Shown: piece after piece, positions 8,330 through 17,065 of the stretch
Numbering within the stretch: position 1 is the first letter of the stretch
How the letters are laid out: the number at the start of each line of letters is the position of its first letter
Notes under the pieces: generated by a model
What the model was told of the DNA's origin: nothing
Database searches by the model: none
Seen by the model: only the letters and a program-made list of their open reading frames with translations
Position numbers and translations under genes: made by a program
IMG/VR virus record: IMGVR_UViG_3300027845_000048
Coordinates: 1 to 25,413 of that record
Reading direction: 5' to 3' (one strand)
DNA from: a virus
Lineage: Duplodnaviria > Caudoviricetes
DNA: 25,413 nucleotides

Positions 8330-10174
8330 ATGCCGCTCCAGAAACTCCAGATTAAGCCCGGAGTAAACCGAGAGAACACGCGCTATACCAACGAAGGTAG
8401 TTGGTATGACTGCGATAAAGTGCGTTTCCGCCAAGGCCTACCAGAGAAGATTGGTGGCTGGCAGCGTATCTCATCGGCTACATTTTTGGGTGTTTGTAGG
8501 TCTCTCTGGAGCTGGGTAACACTGGGTGACCTCTCGCTTACTGGTGTAGGCACTAACCTCAAGTTTTATCTGGCCAAAGGCGCACAGTACGAGGACATTA
8601 CCCCACTACGTGCAACTGAGAGCCTGACTAATCCATTTGAAACTACATCAGGATCTTCTATCGTCGAGGTTACCGATGCCGCTGGCGGCTTTAACGACGG
8701 CGATTTTGTTACGTTTTCTGGCGCTTCTGCTGTTGGCGGCGTGACTCCTGACGGCGAATACCAACTTACCCTAACAAGCCCAAGCACATACAGCATTGAC
8801 GTAGGGACTAACGCTACGTCGTCTGCTACGGGCGGAGGCTCAGTCACCGCAGCGTATCAAATAAACATAGGCGCTGCCGCGGCAATTCCAGAATCTGGCT
8901 GGGGGGCTGGCGCTTGGGATGATGGTGCTTTTGGTACGGGAGCCACTTCGGCTACAGTTATTCGTTTGTGGAGTCAGTCTAACTTTGGGGAAGATCTTAT
9001 CTTTGGCCCTCGTGGCGGCCCTATATACTATTGGGATAACAGTGATGGCGTTGATACCCGTGCCGTAGCTCTGTCTAGTCTTGATGGCGCGTCAGAAGTC
9101 CCCATCCAACAAAACCTCATTCTAGTTTCGGATATTAGCCGGTTTGTGTTTGCGTTCGGCACAAATGATGTATTTACTACTACAGTAGACTCGCTACTTA
9201 TCCGTTGGTCTGACCAAGAAAACCCCGTAGAGTGGAGCCCGTCAGCACTCAACCAAGCAGGTAGTATCCGCCTATCGCGCGGCAGTAAAATTGTCGCGGC
9301 CGTACAGTCGCGCCAAGAAGTCCTTGTGTGGACAGATTCTGCCTTGTACGCCTTGCAGTATGTGGGCGCGCCTATCGTATGGGCACCGCAACTTGTTGGT
9401 GAAAACATATCTATCGCATCACAAAACGCCGTGGGCTATGCCGGCGGTATAGCGTTCTGGATGGGCCGTGACAAGTTCTATATGTATGACGGTCGCACAC
9501 TGCCGCTACCCTGTGACGTACGTAGGTACGTATTTAACGATTTCAATATCGAGCAGTACGATCAAGTATTTGCCGGCACTAACGAAGGCTTCCACGAAGT
9601 GTGGTGGTTCTATTGCTCTGCTAACTCCAACACCATTGATCGCTACGTAGTATATAACTACGTAGAGCAGATCTGGTACTACGGCACTATGGCTCGCACC
9701 GCATGGCTGGACTCTGGCCTGCGAGAAAACCCCATAGCTGCTACTTACAGTAACAACATCGTAGAGCACGAGATAGGCAACGACTGTAACACTACCGAAC
9801 TATCACAACCTATAAACGCTTACGTATCGTCCGCACAGTTTGATATTGAGGACGGTGACAAGTTTATGTTTATCTGGCGCGTACTGCCGGATATTACGTT
9901 CGATGGCTCAGACAACGAGGCTCCCAACGCCACAATGACACTGTTACCGCTGGCTAATTCTGGTTCTGGGTATAACGACCCTGCTTCGGTAGCCGGGAAT
10001 AACTCGGCGGTTGTAACGCGAACCGCTACCCTGCCAGTGGAGCAGTTTACGGGCCAGATAAATACGCGCGTGCGTGGCAGACAGTTAGCTGTCAAGATTG
10101 AGTCCACTGATTTAGGCGTAAGCTGGCAGTTAGGTACCCCGCGTATCGACATGCGCCCAGACGGTAGACGCTGA
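8330..10174 (+). CDS. Tail hub/nozzle ('DNA stabilisation', P22 gp10-like) protein
   Basis: RBS TAAGGAGG. 614 aa, beta-rich. The MPLQKLQIKPGVNRE...KIGGW start, IRWSDQE motif and RIDMRPDGRR end resemble podovirus hub proteins of aquatic phages. Confidence 0.7.
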   Translation: MPLQKLQIKPGVNRENTRYTNEGSWYDCDKVRFRQGLPEKIGGWQRISSATFLGVCRSLWSWVTLGDLSLTGVGTNLKFYLAKGAQYEDITPLRATESLTNPFETTSGSSIVEVTDAAGGFNDGDFVTFSGASAVGGVTPDGEYQLTLTSPSTYSIDVGTNATSSATGGGSVTAAYQINIGAAAAIPESGWGAGAWDDGAFGTGATSATVIRLWSQSNFGEDLIFGPRGGPIYYWDNSDGVDTRAVALSSLDGASEVPIQQNLILVSDISRFVFAFGTNDVFTTTVDSLLIRWSDQENPVEWSPSALNQAGSIRLSRGSKIVAAVQSRQEVLVWTDSALYALQYVGAPIVWAPQLVGENISIASQNAVGYAGGIAFWMGRDKFYMYDGRTLPLPCDVRRYVFNDFNIEQYDQVFAGTNEGFHEVWWFYCSANSNTIDRYVVYNYVEQIWYYGTMARTAWLDSGLRENPIAATYSNNIVEHEIGNDCNTTELSQPINAYVSSAQFDIEDGDKFMFIWRVLPDITFDGSDNEAPNATMTLLPLANSGSGYNDPASVAGNNSAVVTRTATLPVEQFTGQINTRVRGRQLAVKIESTDLGVSWQLGTPRIDMRPDGRR

Positions 10175-11016
10175 TGCCCGGCGATAGCACTAGATATAAT
10201 GTGCCGTTTAAGGCTCCGGCACTGCCCTACGCCCCCTCGGAGTATAATCAGCAGGCGTTTGAGCAGTTTAATAACATTTTGCGGATATACTTCAACCAAC
10301 TAGATAACGCGCTGAGAAACGCTATGAGTTCAAGTAACAGCTACTATATGGACGTCGCCCAAGGGCTTGTAGCCGGCGCGACGGCAGTTAACATATTTGG
10401 GTTTAACCGTGATGTGGGTACGGCGTTCGAGACTATCTGGAACGACAGCACTACGTACTCATTCCCCTCTACGGCAGATACCCTAGACCTCGTCTCTACC
10501 TCTACGGCAGACACTATGGACGTGCTGATTACTGGGCTGGACTCTAGCTACGACGTACTCACTGAAACAGTTACCCTGACGGGAACTACGCCTGTATCTA
10601 CGACTAACACGTTTCTACGTATAAACAACGCGATTATCCTGTCGGGATCTAACGCCGGTGATATAACCATAGAGCACGATGGCACAGAGGTTGGACTTAT
10701 TGACGCGGGGTTAGGCACTACACAGCAGTGCGTCTACACTGTTCCACGGAACAAAACGCTGTATCTGCTGCGTATCGACCTGACTTCGGGCACAGTAAAC
10801 GGCAACCAATACCTGACATACCGCAATCACCTGCGAACCCCAGAGGGGCGCGTGCTACGGGTAGCGGAGGCCACATGGCAGGACGGCCAGCAGTCTTTTG
10901 ACCGACAGGTGCCGTTCCGCATCGCTGAAAAGACAGACTTTCAGTTTGAAGCCAAGGGCTCTAATGGCACTAATGAAGTTTCGATCTTTGTCGAAGCCAT
11001 ACTGTACGATAACTAG
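10174..11016 (+). CDS. Tail needle-like structural protein with C-terminal globular beta domain
   Basis: TGATG overlap with the hub gene. The N-terminal PALPYAPSEY...FNNILRIYFNQLD helix is followed by an IFGFNRDV..ETIW beta-rich domain. Confidence 0.55.
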   Translation: MPGDSTRYNVPFKAPALPYAPSEYNQQAFEQFNNILRIYFNQLDNALRNAMSSSNSYYMDVAQGLVAGATAVNIFGFNRDVGTAFETIWNDSTTYSFPSTADTLDLVSTSTADTMDVLITGLDSSYDVLTETVTLTGTTPVSTTNTFLRINNAIILSGSNAGDITIEHDGTEVGLIDAGLGTTQQCVYTVPRNKTLYLLRIDLTSGTVNGNQYLTYRNHLRTPEGRVLRVAEATWQDGQQSFDRQVPFRIAEKTDFQFEAKGSNGTNEVSIFVEAILYDN

Positions 11017-11025
11017 GGCACGACC

Positions 11026-14000
11026 ATGCCAGAATCATTGACGCCAGAAGAACAACTACGCCTTATCGAAGAGTTAGAGAAGGGCACTACGCCTACTCGC
11101 TCGGTTGCTCCTGAGCAAGATGTTCTGGATATACTACCTGCGCAAGATTTTATGCCGGACGATACAGTGCCGGAGGATCTCTTAAAGCCCATAGACATAC
11201 CAAAAGCTAAGACTGGGCCTGACTACGCCGTTGACCCGATTACTACGCAGAACGCAGTGAGTATTCCTGCAGAGGTGCCGGCTGTTGAGGTTGATCCGTA
11301 CGAGGCTTATTTTGCTGAGAACCCATACTTAGCGGAGTTAGATGTGGGATTTCAGCGGTATCTGTCGAGCCTATCATCAAACGAACAAGGTCGGTTTGAA
11401 AGCCTGTCGGACGCTGATTTTCAGGATTTGTACAGGCAATACTACACAGCTGAAGGCACCAGACAAGAGCTCCCAGACGCGCTATCAGAAGAGCAACTAG
11501 CGGCTATAGATGCGTACAACACCGCAGTTGAAGGTAGCTTGTACGATTCGTCCGACCGCAAAAGCGTTCTAGGGCGTACGGGCACTACGAACTCGTTTAC
11601 CCAAAACGATCTGAAGAAGATAACAGGGCAGGACGAGCGCAAAGACTTCGACGACTTTTTTGGTGATTTTGAAGACGACAATAAGCGCGACGCTAAGTAC
11701 CGCGGGCTAAGCAACAACGCCAAAGAACGCGCTATGATGTCTGATGCTCAAGTAGCGTATCAGGCGTACTTAGAGGACTACAACGCTAGGACACTAGACT
11801 TTGATGTTGATGGCTTTAAAGAAGAGTACGCCGCAGCTAACCCAGACGCATCCAGAACGGACATAAACACTGCCGCAGCTAAAGCCGCTATAGACGCCTA
11901 CAATGCGCAAGCGGCGAGCCGTGCCGGACTAGCTCCCGAGCAAATTTCCGCTTATGAGGCAGCAGCAGCAGAGAAAGCGCGCCTAGAAAATGCGGAGCTA
12001 AATACGTACGCTATAGACAGGGCCATACTAAATTCCAAGCGCGGTATAGACAACGTAGACGAAATAAACGAAAACTACTTGTGGGCGGAAACCGGTAGGC
12101 CGGCTCGTCCGAGGTTCGATGAAGCCGCCGCCGCTACCGCCAAGTACGACACCCCCCTCTACTCAGGACTAGAATACCAAGACATGCTACATAGGGCTGC
12201 CGGCAAGCCGAAAGAAGAGCAGCAGGAGTATATAGACGCGTGGAAAGGAGAGAAGCGCGCTGAGCGGGATGCTTATAATGAGAGTCTTCAAGAAGACTAC
12301 GCTAGCGTTATTGACCCATTTGTAGCTGCTGCATCTGCGGCGGGGGATGGTAGTTTTGAAATTAACTACGATTACGTCGGTGGCGGCTCTAAAGTAGGCC
12401 CGGATCTCTACCGACAATTTTTAGCAAACCCGCCGGAAAACTTAACTGTCGCAGACATCAATAAAGTCCGACAAGCAACGGGCGTTTCGGAGTATAGGGG
12501 CGGCGTGTCGTTGTCGGTTAGAGAGGAAGACTTACCCGCGTTTGAGGAAGAAGTAGGCGGCATTGTCACCAACTTGGAGAATATGCCTGAAAACGCCGAC
12601 ATTAACGATGTAACCGCAGCGTTTTCAGGGTATTTAGATCCTAACTATTCGCTATCCCTTGATGATTCTGACATCGTTACAGATCGTATGGAGAGTAAGT
12701 ACGGGATTGAGCTATCCGACGAAGAATACCAAGTCTATAACTCGTTGTTAAAGGGACTAGTGTCTGAGGACATCACACGCCGTACAGGATTAAGGTACGA
12801 GCTTGCCCTAGAGTACGCACTATACAAAAACCCGGCAGTTAAAGTGCTTAACAGCATGTTTGGGCTTGACCCAAATGCCGGCACGAGAAGTACGGGGGAC
12901 GGGTCTATGTATGTCTTAGATCCCCTGACTGGCCAAGAAGTACGTACGTTAGAAGTAAAAGACCCTAACTTTGGGCGCACACTATTCAAAACAGCCATGA
13001 TTGCCACAGCAGCTGCAGTTATCGGCCCTGCGGTGCAAAGCGCCATAATGGGCCCAGCTGCTGGTTCCGCTGCCGCTGGTTCCGCTGCCGCTGGAGCTGC
13101 CACTGCCGGTTCTACTGCCGCTACTACTGCCGCTACTACCGCTGCCACTGCCGGTTCTACTGCCGCTACTACTGCCGCTACTACCGCTGCCACTGCCGGT
13201 TCTACTGCCGCTACTACCGCTGCCACTGCTGGCGCCGCTGCGGCGGCTACTCCGACGCTACTTGGCACCGCTTTAACTACGCTAGGGCAAGTCTCTATAC
13301 AAACCGCGGTTCAGGGGCTAATGACCGAGGCTATGGGGGGCAATTTTTCTGACGTGCTTGATCCGGCTACTTTTGCCGTCAGACTAATTACGACGGGGCT
13401 CGATAACTACGCGGAAGGGATTAACACCGCCGCAGACAGCGCCTATGAAGCGCTAAACACACTTGAGATGCCGCCCCCCGGTGCGTTAGAGAATTACGCT
13501 GCACTAAACGCTCAAGCTAATCTGGTTAACTCCCTATCTACAGCAATAGACGCAGGTTATGCCATTGACTCCGGCAATTATTTATCCGCGGTTGGAGACT
13601 TGTTTGAGGTAGGTACTAGCGCGCTCAGTGGGTTTGAAGAGGCTGGATTAAACCTTACCGAATCTGCTAGTGACTTTATTGGCGCGCAGATAACTGAGTT
13701 TGCAGATGGCGCTACCGAAATAGCAGGCATGAACGTGGATGATATTATCCCCGCTGCTCAGAAGTTCGGTGTTAATTTACTGAAAGGTGAAAAGCCAGAA
13801 GACGCGTTGCGCGCTGCGTTTGGGGAATACATAGCTCAAGGCGGTAGCCTAGGCGATATTGGCGATGACATAAAAGACGTAGTTAAGTCTGTTGGTGGAG
13901 ACTTCTACAATGCGGTACTGAAACCTGTAGGGGATACGCTAAAAGAAGGCTACGACATAGCTAGCGCTGCGTATGAAGACATAGATTTTGGCACGCCCGA

Positions 14001-15006
14001 TGCTGTAAAAGCTGTAGAAGATAACCTAGAGGTTATTGTTAAGGATCGCGAAGTGCAGGGCGCTATCTTGGGTGGAGAAGACCGCGCAGCTATATTTGCT
14101 GCGGCTAACGCGATAGGTGACGGCGATTACCGCAAAGCGATTAGTGACAAGTTAACAGCTGCTGGCACTAATGGCGAGATTAATGGCATAAAAGTAGAAG
14201 ACCTACAGGCTAGCTTAGATAGAACGCTGGATCACTTGGAAGATGGTAAGAGCGTCGAGGAAGCGATAGGCTCCGGTGCCGGTGAAGCCACTAAGCGCAT
14301 ACTGCTACCCTACGTACAAGAGCTGTATGACGAGTACATATCTCCCGCAGCTGCCGGGGTACGTGAATTTGGCAGTGCATTTGAAGATCAGGTTCGGGAA
14401 TACGGGCGTTACATAGACGATAACTTCTTGCAGGAAGTTCGTGCGTTGCTTCCAGAGGGCATAGACTCCAGCACACCAGATGGCATCAAGGCCATTGAAG
14501 ACGCGTTCCGTACCGTGGGTAGCACCATAGATGATGCGGTAATTCAGCCTGTAGTTGACGCCGGGGAAGCTGTAGTTGACGCCGTGGCCGATGCAGGTAG
14601 CGCTGTTGATGACGCCGTTATACAGCCGGTGCGCGAAGCTGCCAAGGATGTAGACCTGCCCGATGTAGACCTGCCGGACGGCCCAGATATCAACCTGCCG
14701 GACGGCCCAGATATCAACCTGCCGGACGGCCCAGACATCGACTTACCAAGTGGCCCTAACTTGTCAGGACTTGACGATTTACTGATGGCGCTATTGAGTT
14801 TAGGTGGAACTGGAGGTAGACTTGTTAGTGGGCAACCACAAGCACCTGCAGAAGACGACTACGAGAAAGTCGATCTTGGGTACTTGTACGATTTTAGCAG
14901 CATTTTTGCCAATCCTGAGCAAGAAGCTAGATTTGGAAGGGCGACGGCACAACGTGAGCCCGAGAAGCGTGACATCACGCAAGAGATACTAAGCATATTA
15001 GGCTAG
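11026..15006 (+). CDS. Large acidic low-complexity protein, probable internal virion/ejection protein
   Basis: 1326-aa uninterrupted ORF, Asp/Glu/Ala-rich, with a central hydrophobic plus Ala/Thr tract and C-terminal LPDGPD repeats. It lies between the tail genes and the other ejection genes. Confidence 0.6.
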   Translation: MPESLTPEEQLRLIEELEKGTTPTRSVAPEQDVLDILPAQDFMPDDTVPEDLLKPIDIPKAKTGPDYAVDPITTQNAVSIPAEVPAVEVDPYEAYFAENPYLAELDVGFQRYLSSLSSNEQGRFESLSDADFQDLYRQYYTAEGTRQELPDALSEEQLAAIDAYNTAVEGSLYDSSDRKSVLGRTGTTNSFTQNDLKKITGQDERKDFDDFFGDFEDDNKRDAKYRGLSNNAKERAMMSDAQVAYQAYLEDYNARTLDFDVDGFKEEYAAANPDASRTDINTAAAKAAIDAYNAQAASRAGLAPEQISAYEAAAAEKARLENAELNTYAIDRAILNSKRGIDNVDEINENYLWAETGRPARPRFDEAAAATAKYDTPLYSGLEYQDMLHRAAGKPKEEQQEYIDAWKGEKRAERDAYNESLQEDYASVIDPFVAAASAAGDGSFEINYDYVGGGSKVGPDLYRQFLANPPENLTVADINKVRQATGVSEYRGGVSLSVREEDLPAFEEEVGGIVTNLENMPENADINDVTAAFSGYLDPNYSLSLDDSDIVTDRMESKYGIELSDEEYQVYNSLLKGLVSEDITRRTGLRYELALEYALYKNPAVKVLNSMFGLDPNAGTRSTGDGSMYVLDPLTGQEVRTLEVKDPNFGRTLFKTAMIATAAAVIGPAVQSAIMGPAAGSAAAGSAAAGAATAGSTAATTAATTAATAGSTAATTAATTAATAGSTAATTAATAGAAAAATPTLLGTALTTLGQVSIQTAVQGLMTEAMGGNFSDVLDPATFAVRLITTGLDNYAEGINTAADSAYEALNTLEMPPPGALENYAALNAQANLVNSLSTAIDAGYAIDSGNYLSAVGDLFEVGTSALSGFEEAGLNLTESASDFIGAQITEFADGATEIAGMNVDDIIPAAQKFGVNLLKGEKPEDALRAAFGEYIAQGGSLGDIGDDIKDVVKSVGGDFYNAVLKPVGDTLKEGYDIASAAYEDIDFGTPDAVKAVEDNLEVIVKDREVQGAILGGEDRAAIFAAANAIGDGDYRKAISDKLTAAGTNGEINGIKVEDLQASLDRTLDHLEDGKSVEEAIGSGAGEATKRILLPYVQELYDEYISPAAAGVREFGSAFEDQVREYGRYIDDNFLQEVRALLPEGIDSSTPDGIKAIEDAFRTVGSTIDDAVIQPVVDAGEAVVDAVADAGSAVDDAVIQPVREAAKDVDLPDVDLPDGPDINLPDGPDINLPDGPDIDLPSGPNLSGLDDLLMALLSLGGTGGRLVSGQPQAPAEDDYEKVDLGYLYDFSSIFANPEQEARFGRATAQREPEKRDITQEILSILG
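13057..13233 (+). repeat. In-frame tandem repeats (15-nt x2; 45-nt x2 exact plus partial third)
   Basis: gctgccactgccggttctactgccgctactactgccgctactacc at 13096-13140 and 13141-13185, partial copy from 13186. Encodes AATAGSTAATTAATT. Confidence 0.9.
14647..14760 (+). repeat. In-frame 24-nt tandem repeat (LPDGPDIN x3) preceded by DVDLP x2
   Basis: cctgccggacggcccagatatcaa units between 14670 and about 14740. Confidence 0.9.
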
Positions 15007-15015
15007 GAGGCAAGA

Positions 15016-16194
15016 ATGGGCTTACTGCAGGATGGAATAGATTGGGCAAAGGATACGTTCTTAGAGACCAATACGGACGCTGACGGCAACGAAACTACGG
15101 GTTTGAGTGGTTTAGGCGGCTTACTGTCGCTAGCAGCAGCTTATGGTCTTAGCGAGAGCGATCTGTTCGACGCAGACATCACCCCTACTGGCTACCAAGG
15201 CACAGTCAAAGATTACACGGCCGTACGTGATCGCGTACCTATGCAGTATGATCCCAACCGACGCCCCGGCCAAGGCGGCCAACGCTACTTTAGCGACATG
15301 CGTTACGCCACTGCCCCCGCATCAGCTCCGCCTACAGTAGAAGAAGCCCGTGCAGCTAGCCAAGCGCAAGCCCAGCAACTAGGCACGCAAAACTTTCGAC
15401 GCGGTGGCTTAGCTCGCTTATTTAACGACCCAGTAAGACAGCAAGCTATACGCAACCGGTTTAATACTGGCCGTGGGGGCAGTCGATTTGGCCGAATGCG
15501 TGATCAGCTAGGTAGTGGCCGTAACGCCATGCGTAGCGGGCTAGGTAGCATGTATTCGCAGCAGCAAGCGCAGCAAGCGCAGCAGCAAGCAATCCGCAAG
15601 TTTGGGCAGCCAATACAGCCTATAGACCAAGCAATGCCTGCTGCCCCTGTACAGGAGCCAGTAATCCGCAAGTTTGGGCAGCCCATAAACCAAAACAACC
15701 TGCAGAGTGCTGCACAAGCGCTGTATTCGCAGCGGGCAGCCCAGCCAACACAGCCCATAGGCCAAAACAATCTACAAAGCGCATATCAAGCTATGACTGA
15801 CGCGGTAATGCCTCAACCCGCTCCTAGTGGCGGTATTATGTCTGCACCCGACTTTATGCCCGGAGCCCCACCAACTGCTACAGAGCAGAAGCCCACCGCA
15901 GGTCGTGGCGTAGCGTCACTTATGGGCCAAGGATTTGCCGAAGGCGGCTACTTGAACGGCGCTACCGACGGCATGGCAGATGAAGTTCCTGCAACTATAG
16001 AAGGCCGCCAGCCCGCGCGTCTTAGCGACGGTGAGTTTGTTATCCCCGCAGATGTTGTCAGCCATTTAGGTAACGGCAACTCTGAAGCAGGTGCTAAAGT
16101 GCTACAAGAGATGATGTCCCGTGTACGCAAAGAGCGCACCGGTAACCCGAAACAGGGCAAGAAAATTAAGCCCGAGAAAGTCACCCCAAAGTGA
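15016..16194 (+). CDS. Internal virion protein with C-terminal FAEGG...DEVPA...LSDGEFVIPADVV domain
   Basis: RBS AGGAGG. Gln/Pro-rich linker with a duplicated IRKFGQPI. The C-terminal motif is of the type seen in tape-measure/internal proteins. Confidence 0.7.
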   Translation: MGLLQDGIDWAKDTFLETNTDADGNETTGLSGLGGLLSLAAAYGLSESDLFDADITPTGYQGTVKDYTAVRDRVPMQYDPNRRPGQGGQRYFSDMRYATAPASAPPTVEEARAASQAQAQQLGTQNFRRGGLARLFNDPVRQQAIRNRFNTGRGGSRFGRMRDQLGSGRNAMRSGLGSMYSQQQAQQAQQQAIRKFGQPIQPIDQAMPAAPVQEPVIRKFGQPINQNNLQSAAQALYSQRAAQPTQPIGQNNLQSAYQAMTDAVMPQPAPSGGIMSAPDFMPGAPPTATEQKPTAGRGVASLMGQGFAEGGYLNGATDGMADEVPATIEGRQPARLSDGEFVIPADVVSHLGNGNSEAGAKVLQEMMSRVRKERTGNPKQGKKIKPEKVTPK

Positions 16195-16202
16195 GATAGA
16201 TT

Positions 16203-17048
16203 ATGCCTGAAACAACACCGACTACTACTGGGCTAGATGCCACCGCCGACCCGATAACCGGACAGCAAACTGGCCAAGAGTCCTCGCTATCTACTTGGGC
16301 GGGCGACTATGTAACTGACATGATGGGTCGCGGTGCGGCTCTTGCAGACGAACCCTACTACGCCTACGAAGGCCCGCTTACTGCAGGAGCATCTGATGCC
16401 CAGCAAGCGGCTTTCAGTGGCGTGGCGGGCTTAACTCTCCCCACCGAAAATGTAGGCGAGTTCACTCCACAGTCGTTCACCGATGAAGGTGTAGCTGGGC
16501 AGTATATGAACCCCTACCTAATGGAGTCGTTAAACCCACAACTGCGTGAAGCGCAGCGCGCCGCAGATATACAGCGCCTACAAGACGCTAGCCGCCTGAC
16601 TAAAGCAGGTGCATACGGCGGATCACGCCAAGCGATTATGGAAGCCGAAGGCAATCGCAACTTGAGCCAATTGCTGTCAGATATTACCGGCAAGGGCTAT
16701 GCGCAAGCGTATGATACAGCGGCTGCTCAGTTCAACCGAGAGCAGATGATGGGCAAAGACGCCAACGCTGCCGCTAACCAGTACTTGTTTGATGTACTTA
16801 AAGCGCAGCGTGATCTGGGTGCAGTAGAGCGCAGCATCGAAGCAGAAGGTATCGCTGCGGATAAAGCCCAGTTTGAGGAAGAGCGAGACGATCCGTACAA
16901 AAAAGTACAGTATATGCAGTCACTTCTGCAGGGCATGCCCATCGAGTCTGTCAGCAATAATTACGCGGGGAACAGCGCGTTCGGGAACATAGCCGGTGGA
17001 TCTGCAGGCATAATGTCCCTCTTACAAGCCCTCGGCGTAATATCTTAA
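16203..17048 (+). CDS. DNA ejection/transfer protein
   Basis: YMNPY and GAYGGSRQAIMEAE motifs, helical Gln/Ala-rich body, Gly-rich hydrophobic C-terminus. Confidence 0.65.
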   Translation: MPETTPTTTGLDATADPITGQQTGQESSLSTWAGDYVTDMMGRGAALADEPYYAYEGPLTAGASDAQQAAFSGVAGLTLPTENVGEFTPQSFTDEGVAGQYMNPYLMESLNPQLREAQRAADIQRLQDASRLTKAGAYGGSRQAIMEAEGNRNLSQLLSDITGKGYAQAYDTAAAQFNREQMMGKDANAAANQYLFDVLKAQRDLGAVERSIEAEGIAADKAQFEEERDDPYKKVQYMQSLLQGMPIESVSNNYAGNSAFGNIAGGSAGIMSLLQALGVIS

Positions 17049-17065
17049 TTTTAGGAGCGTAACCA

